Position numbers and translations under genes: made by a program
Source of the DNA: a virus
DNA length: 64,000 nucleotides
IMG/VR virus record: IMGVR_UViG_3300034375_013346
Span: 1 to 64,000 of that record
Direction: 5' to 3' (one strand)
Part shown: piece after piece, positions 59,694 to 64,000 of the stretch
Position numbering within the stretch: position 1 is the first letter of the stretch
Layout: each line of letters begins with the position of its first letter
The notes under the pieces: generated by a model
What the model saw: only the letters and a program-made list of their open reading frames with translations
What the model was told of the DNA's origin: nothing
The model's database searches: none

Positions 59694-60674
59694 TTAAAAA
59701 TCCACGTCCATATCGAACGTGTTCTCTGAGGAGTTCATAACTCCCGCTTTCTGATATTCCCCAACTCTTTTTTCGAAGAAGTTGGTTTTTCCCTGAAGTG
59801 ATATATTGGTCATAAAATCAAACGGATTCTCCACATTGAAAACTTTAGAGCATTCAAGATCAACCAAAAGTCTATCAGCAACAAACTCCAAATATTGCTT
59901 CATCAGATCTGAATTCATACCAATCAATTTAACTGGAAGGGACTCGGTGATGAATTCTTTCTCTATCTCAAGAGCACTTAATATGATCTCCCTTATTCTT
60001 TCTTCAGATACCTTATTATTTACAAATCTATTGTGGAGCATAACAGCAAAATCGCAATGCATCCCTTCGTCTCTGGAGATAAGCTCGTTAGAAAAACTAA
60101 GACCCGGCATTAGACCCCTTTTCTTAAGCCAAAAAATGGAACAAAAAGATCCGGAAAAGAATATGCCCTCCACCGCGGCAAAAGCAATAAGTCTTTCCTG
60201 GAAGTGATCTGATTCCACCCATTTAAGAGCCCATTCAGCTTTCCTTTTAACAGCTGGGATAGTATCAATTGCATTAAAAAGATTGGACTTCTCCTCAGGG
60301 TCTGAGATATAAGTATCGATCAGGAGGGAGTAAGTCTCGGAATGTATATTCTCCATCATAATCTGGAATCCGTAGAAAAATTTAGCCTCCGTATATTGTA
60401 CCTCACTAACAAAATTCTCAGCAAGATTCTCGTTAACTATACCATCAGAGGCAGCAAAAAAAGCTAAGACATGCTTAATAAAATGCCTTTCATTATCATT
60501 GAGCTTATTTCTCCAATCATCAATATCACTGGATAAATCAATTTCCTCAGCAGTCCAAATACATGCTTGCTGTTTTTTATACATCTCCCAGATCTCCTGG
60601 TGTTCTATTGGGAAAATCACAAAGCGATTTGGATTTTCATTTAATATCGGTTCAGGTAACGAATATCCTTCCAT
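59694..60674 (-). CDS. nrdB: class Ia ribonucleotide reductase beta subunit
   Basis: [43 protein letters not shown]. Confidence 0.97.
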   Translation of the reverse strand: MEGYSLPEPILNENPNRFVIFPIEHQEIWEMYKKQQACIWTAEEIDLSSDIDDWRNKLNDNERHFIKHVLAFFAASDGIVNENLAENFVSEVQYTEAKFFYGFQIMMENIHSETYSLLIDTYISDPEEKSNLFNAIDTIPAVKRKAEWALKWVESDHFQERLIAFAAVEGIFFSGSFCSIFWLKKRGLMPGLSFSNELISRDEGMHCDFAVMLHNRFVNNKVSEERIREIILSALEIEKEFITESLPVKLIGMNSDLMKQYLEFVADRLLVDLECSKVFNVENPFDFMTNISLQGKTNFFEKRVGEYQKAGVMNSSENTFDMDVDF

Positions 60675-60715
60675 AGGTATTAATTTTTTGGTTAATTTTT
60701 AATCGATCTTTGTTC

Positions 60716-61183
60716 TTAATAGTTATTCTCCTGTCTCCTCCTATTCTCCTCATTCTTACTCATGTACATATTGTACATTTCCTGGGAAGTCATTCCTATG
60801 GAGGCAGCATAATTCATAAAAAAATGAAGCATGTCAACTATTTCGAACTTGCACTCAAGCTGGTCTGATTCAGATAAATCACTAAATCGGATCTCCGTGT
60901 AACTATTATACGCTTGCTTCCATCTTTTCCAGATTGCGTTTCCCCCGCCTTGCTTAATACCACCCAAGGCATCAGTAGCTTCGTGGATCTCGTCAATCAT
61001 AGCATGGTTATTCATATGCCAGAAATCCATTAGATCCCTGAGAGTCATGTCCTGAAAATTGTAGCCGTAAACGTTCTTCTGAGTGTCTGCTTGAAGTTCA
61101 AGAATTTCACCTAGTGTATCGGAAGATTCAGAATACAGATCCTTAATTTCTAGTTCTGCACAAGTATTATCAGTGTTTGCCAT
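60716..61183 (-). CDS. dimeric all-alpha dUTPase/dCTPase (T4 gp56-like)
   Basis: DEIHE, WKRWK, EIVDMLHFF, KNEENRRRQENNY. Confidence 0.8.
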   Translation of the reverse strand: MANTDNTCAELEIKDLYSESSDTLGEILELQADTQKNVYGYNFQDMTLRDLMDFWHMNNHAMIDEIHEATDALGGIKQGGGNAIWKRWKQAYNSYTEIRFSDLSESDQLECKFEIVDMLHFFMNYAASIGMTSQEMYNMYMSKNEENRRRQENNY

Positions 61184-61273
61184 ATTTTTTTGTTTGATCT
61201 ATTTTTAATCCTCTAGACACTAGGTTTTTTATATATCAAGTGGTCTATAGAGGTCGAGTATTTTTAGGATTTT

Positions 61274-62686
61274 CTACCCCATTTTTTTTAATTGTTTCTC
61301 CATCTGATCAATTTCAATCTGGAGTTTTAACATTCGATCTTTAGTTGCTTTACGCTTGGCATAAAGATCTTTAATTATTGTCTTAAGTATTGGATTTTCC
61401 GAGTCACCTCCAAAAACGGCCTTAGATGAAGTTCTCACCCATCCTTCCTTAACTTCGGATAAGTTTATTCCCTCCTTTCCTTTATAAACCTCAGGGGATA
61501 TTCCCCATTGAACAATCGTATTAGGATACAGAGAGGCAAAGTCGTAACAAGCCACCCATTCATGTAGACCTTTGATGGGCTCTTTCACATATCCACCTAT
61601 AAATTTAACGTGGCTTTCCTCTTTCCTCTCGTTAACAAAAACCTGTCCCCTCTCTAAGAATTTGCGGAGCATCAGCACTTCCGTTGACCAAACAGGAGAA
61701 AGAGCCCTACTTATCTCAACGCCATTTAAATTGGCAATTTTGAGATAAGTAAGCATTGTTTGAAGCTTTACGTCTATATAGTGAACAAGAGCGCAGTCAA
61801 TAACATTATACAGTATAAATTTTGGAAAATCGGACTGATACAGGTCCCTTAGGGATCCATTATAGACTATCTTTTTAAGTCCCGTGGCCTTTTCCGCTAC
61901 GTAATCAAGTCTATTACTTTCTTTAATTTTTATTACTCGGTCCCACTTCCGGTATATCTCCAGATAATCGACCATGAGCAAGTGCATGGGGAGGTTGTTC
62001 TTTCCAATGAGCCAATTGGAAGGAGATATTATCTTAGGATCTATGCCCAACCTCTTAGCTCTGTTAACCAAATACGGCCAGTCATATCCAAACCAGTTCC
62101 ATCCAGTAATCAGGGACATTTTGGGTGCTAGGTTCTTGAAGAAAGTATAAAGCATATCATATTCACTCTCGAATTTATGATACTTAAAACTCCACTCATC
62201 GCCCATTGGAGACAGATACTCGTTAGTCCTTCTATGGATATCGGCTTGCTCTTCAGGGGTAAGTGGGTCTAGACCAAGCATAATCGCCTTACATCGGTCA
62301 GTGGCTATACCTATTGAAAGAACCTTATTCTTTGCCGATGCTGTATCGAGTGAATCCCTCATCTCGTCGGTCATCTCTACCTCTATATCGACAAAATATT
62401 TTTTGGGAGTCTGGAATTCAAAAAGGGGCTTAGTTAACTCCGGATCAGCCTCTTCCAAGATCTGTATCATCCGATACTTGTCATATTTCTGGGTTTTTGC
62501 TTTTCTAACTGGGAACCCGTCCCAGCTCTCCCATTCCTTCTCCCTTCTACTATCTGATGGTGAGCATTTTTCCCATATGAATCTCTCCTTATCAGGGACC
62601 GGAACATTAATAAATATTAAATCACCGTCCTCAGAAAAACTTGATACCTTCAAGTAGGTTCCTTTATTCTCAATATCAACTATCAT
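61274..62686 (-). CDS. family B DNA polymerase, N-terminal subunit (3'-5' exonuclease + motif A)
   Basis: DIEV, GWNWFGYDWPY, YNVID, GGYV, DFASLYP; ends inside the fingers domain. Confidence 0.92.
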   Translation of the reverse strand: MIVDIENKGTYLKVSSFSEDGDLIFINVPVPDKERFIWEKCSPSDSRREKEWESWDGFPVRKAKTQKYDKYRMIQILEEADPELTKPLFEFQTPKKYFVDIEVEMTDEMRDSLDTASAKNKVLSIGIATDRCKAIMLGLDPLTPEEQADIHRRTNEYLSPMGDEWSFKYHKFESEYDMLYTFFKNLAPKMSLITGWNWFGYDWPYLVNRAKRLGIDPKIISPSNWLIGKNNLPMHLLMVDYLEIYRKWDRVIKIKESNRLDYVAEKATGLKKIVYNGSLRDLYQSDFPKFILYNVIDCALVHYIDVKLQTMLTYLKIANLNGVEISRALSPVWSTEVLMLRKFLERGQVFVNERKEESHVKFIGGYVKEPIKGLHEWVACYDFASLYPNTIVQWGISPEVYKGKEGINLSEVKEGWVRTSSKAVFGGDSENPILKTIIKDLYAKRKATKDRMLKLQIEIDQMEKQLKKMG

Positions 62687-62744
62687 CAAATATTTAGATT
62701 TATTATATCCTAACCAGATCAGGTTGGAGGATATATAGAAGTAT

Positions 62745-63068
62745 ATGAAAGCTAACATCAAAAGTTTCGAAGATTTCTTATTAGAATATTACGTTTCGGA
62801 AGCTCCAGGTAGCGTTGTAGTACCGGGTGAATGGTACAAGGACAGCGTTAATTCCAGGAACTACCGCCCAGCATATACTCAAATGCCCCAAGTAGTGGAC
62901 TCAATGTTCCAAACAACCGACCTATACAACTATCTGGATACCCTTTCCGAGGAGGAAGAGTTTAATAGGATAGTCAAAGAGAATAACGGAGAACCGAAGA
63001 AAATAATTAAATATCTTAAGAGACGAATAAACGAGGAGCTTCTACCTCAGCAGAAGGGGGAAAAATAA
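62745..63068 (+). CDS. hypothetical protein with N-terminal capsid-targeting-like motif
   Basis: MKANIKSFEDFLLE; upstream GATATATA. Confidence 0.7.
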   Translation: MKANIKSFEDFLLEYYVSEAPGSVVVPGEWYKDSVNSRNYRPAYTQMPQVVDSMFQTTDLYNYLDTLSEEEEFNRIVKENNGEPKKIIKYLKRRINEELLPQQKGEK

Positions 63069-63080
63069 GGAGCTGGTAAA

Positions 63081-63914
63081 GTGGAAATAATCAAACATCC
63101 CATCAATGAGGGATCTTATTATTCGGATCCCAACTTTAAAGATTCGATATTCATACATCACACAGGAGGACACCATAGACCAGACTGGACAATAGATAGC
63201 TGGGGCAGAGACCGAAAGGAATCAACAAATAAAATAAGATCCGGAGCTTCTTACGTAATAGGTGGTCCCGATCCAATTAACGCAAAGAATAAAAAACACG
63301 ACGGTAAGATACTAGAGGCATTCAACTCAGAACATTGGTCACATCACCTCTTCATAAAAAACAAAAGCAATACCTTTCTCAACCAAAAAAGTATAGCTAT
63401 CGAGATCTGTAATTACGGGGAGCTTACTAAGAGCACGGATGGAGAATTCTTTACCAAGGGCAATATAAAGATACCCAAAGGACAGGTGGAAATATTAAAG
63501 GATCCATTCAAAGGGGAAAGGTATTTCCATTCATATTCGGATCATCAAATAGAGTCACTCCGGTACCTAATATTGCTACTAGCGAAAAAACATGATATAG
63601 ATCTAAAGAGGGGATTATTAAAGGAGATCGGGAGGAGCGAAATCCAAATGCCCGAGGGTTTATCAGTAAGGGATCAGAAGAAATGGATGAACAAGAACGG
63701 AATAACCGATAGCAAAGGGAAAAAGCTAATCGAAAATAGCGAAGAGGATACCAGATATTTGCAAGCAATCGATTATCTCAATAGTAATCCATTTGATCTC
63801 TCACCACAAGCTTTACAGGGATTTCAGGGACTGTGGTCACATTCCAACGTAAGGGCAGATATCAGAGACTGCTACCCTTCACAACAAATGATACAGATGT
63901 TAAGATCTCTCTAG
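63081..63914 (+). CDS. N-acetylmuramoyl-L-alanine amidase (Amidase_2-like)
   Basis: FIHHTGG, SIAIEICNYG, SHSNVRADIRDCYP. Confidence 0.8.
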   Translation: MEIIKHPINEGSYYSDPNFKDSIFIHHTGGHHRPDWTIDSWGRDRKESTNKIRSGASYVIGGPDPINAKNKKHDGKILEAFNSEHWSHHLFIKNKSNTFLNQKSIAIEICNYGELTKSTDGEFFTKGNIKIPKGQVEILKDPFKGERYFHSYSDHQIESLRYLILLLAKKHDIDLKRGLLKEIGRSEIQMPEGLSVRDQKKWMNKNGITDSKGKKLIENSEEDTRYLQAIDYLNSNPFDLSPQALQGFQGLWSHSNVRADIRDCYPSQQMIQMLRSL

Positions 63915-64000
63915 TGGTTCATACTCTCCAGATATCCCCTTAGCTTCTTATCACTGGGTGATATTGAAAAATTTCCATTGACAAAGATCTCCCAGGATTC

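Noticed and set aside
57179-60674. Eukaryotic giant-virus or cellular origin suggested by eukaryote-like RNR and GS-II
   Set aside because: tmRNA, peptidoglycan hydrolases, bacterial tRNAs, the T9SS domain and T4-like replication genes indicate a bacteriophage; these RNR and GS types also occur in Bacteroidota.
134-62657. Many 60-190-aa plus-strand ORFs antisense to long minus-strand genes
   Set aside because: They are Ser/Ile/Leu-rich shadows of real coding frames and carry no motifs.
41195-62686. Split intein joining the polymerase halves
   Set aside because: No Cys/Ser-initiated intein block, no His-Asn terminus and no extra sequence long enough to hold one.
1-64000. Alternative genetic code (stop-codon reassignment)
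   Set aside because: Conserved enzymes are full length in code 11, TAA, TAG and TGA all end genes, and there is no canonical suppressor tRNA.

Overview
This window looks like 64 kb of a large (jumbo, T4-superfamily-like) dsDNA phage genome, almost all on the minus strand and readable in the standard code. The host is probably a Bacteroidota member, inferred from a tmRNA tag starting GEN-, a T9SS type-B sorting domain, a DUF2452-like gene and a Bacteroidota-style ClpP N-terminus. Replication and nucleotide genes: a family-B DNA polymerase split into two genes about 19 kb apart, a probable sliding clamp, two type II topoisomerase subunits, class Ia RNR, a dUTPase/dCTPase, a thymidylate-synthase homolog with a dCMP-type Asp, RNase HII, UvsE and Adk. 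Host-like auxiliary genes: glnII, mgsA, clpP, dnaJ, trx and a RimK-protease fusion. It also carries a dispersed glycan-building toolkit, three peptidoglycan enzymes, 8 canonical tRNAs and a tmRNA. The best candidate for an undescribed system is a Ro60/TROVE-like (DUF2828-type) gene with a family of three small RNAs that share a covarying 7-bp closing stem + N3 + CAGCAA. Two copies end its operon and one lies in the tRNA array, beside two topologically abnormal tRNA-like genes and another structured RNA. Also notable are an N-terminal capsid-targeting-like motif tied to a GATAWATA promoter, a second GAAAY-N16-YATATA promoter class, five small ExYExC (UVR-like) proteins, and a phage-encoded T9SS cargo protein. 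All calls come from reading motifs by eye; no database searches were run.
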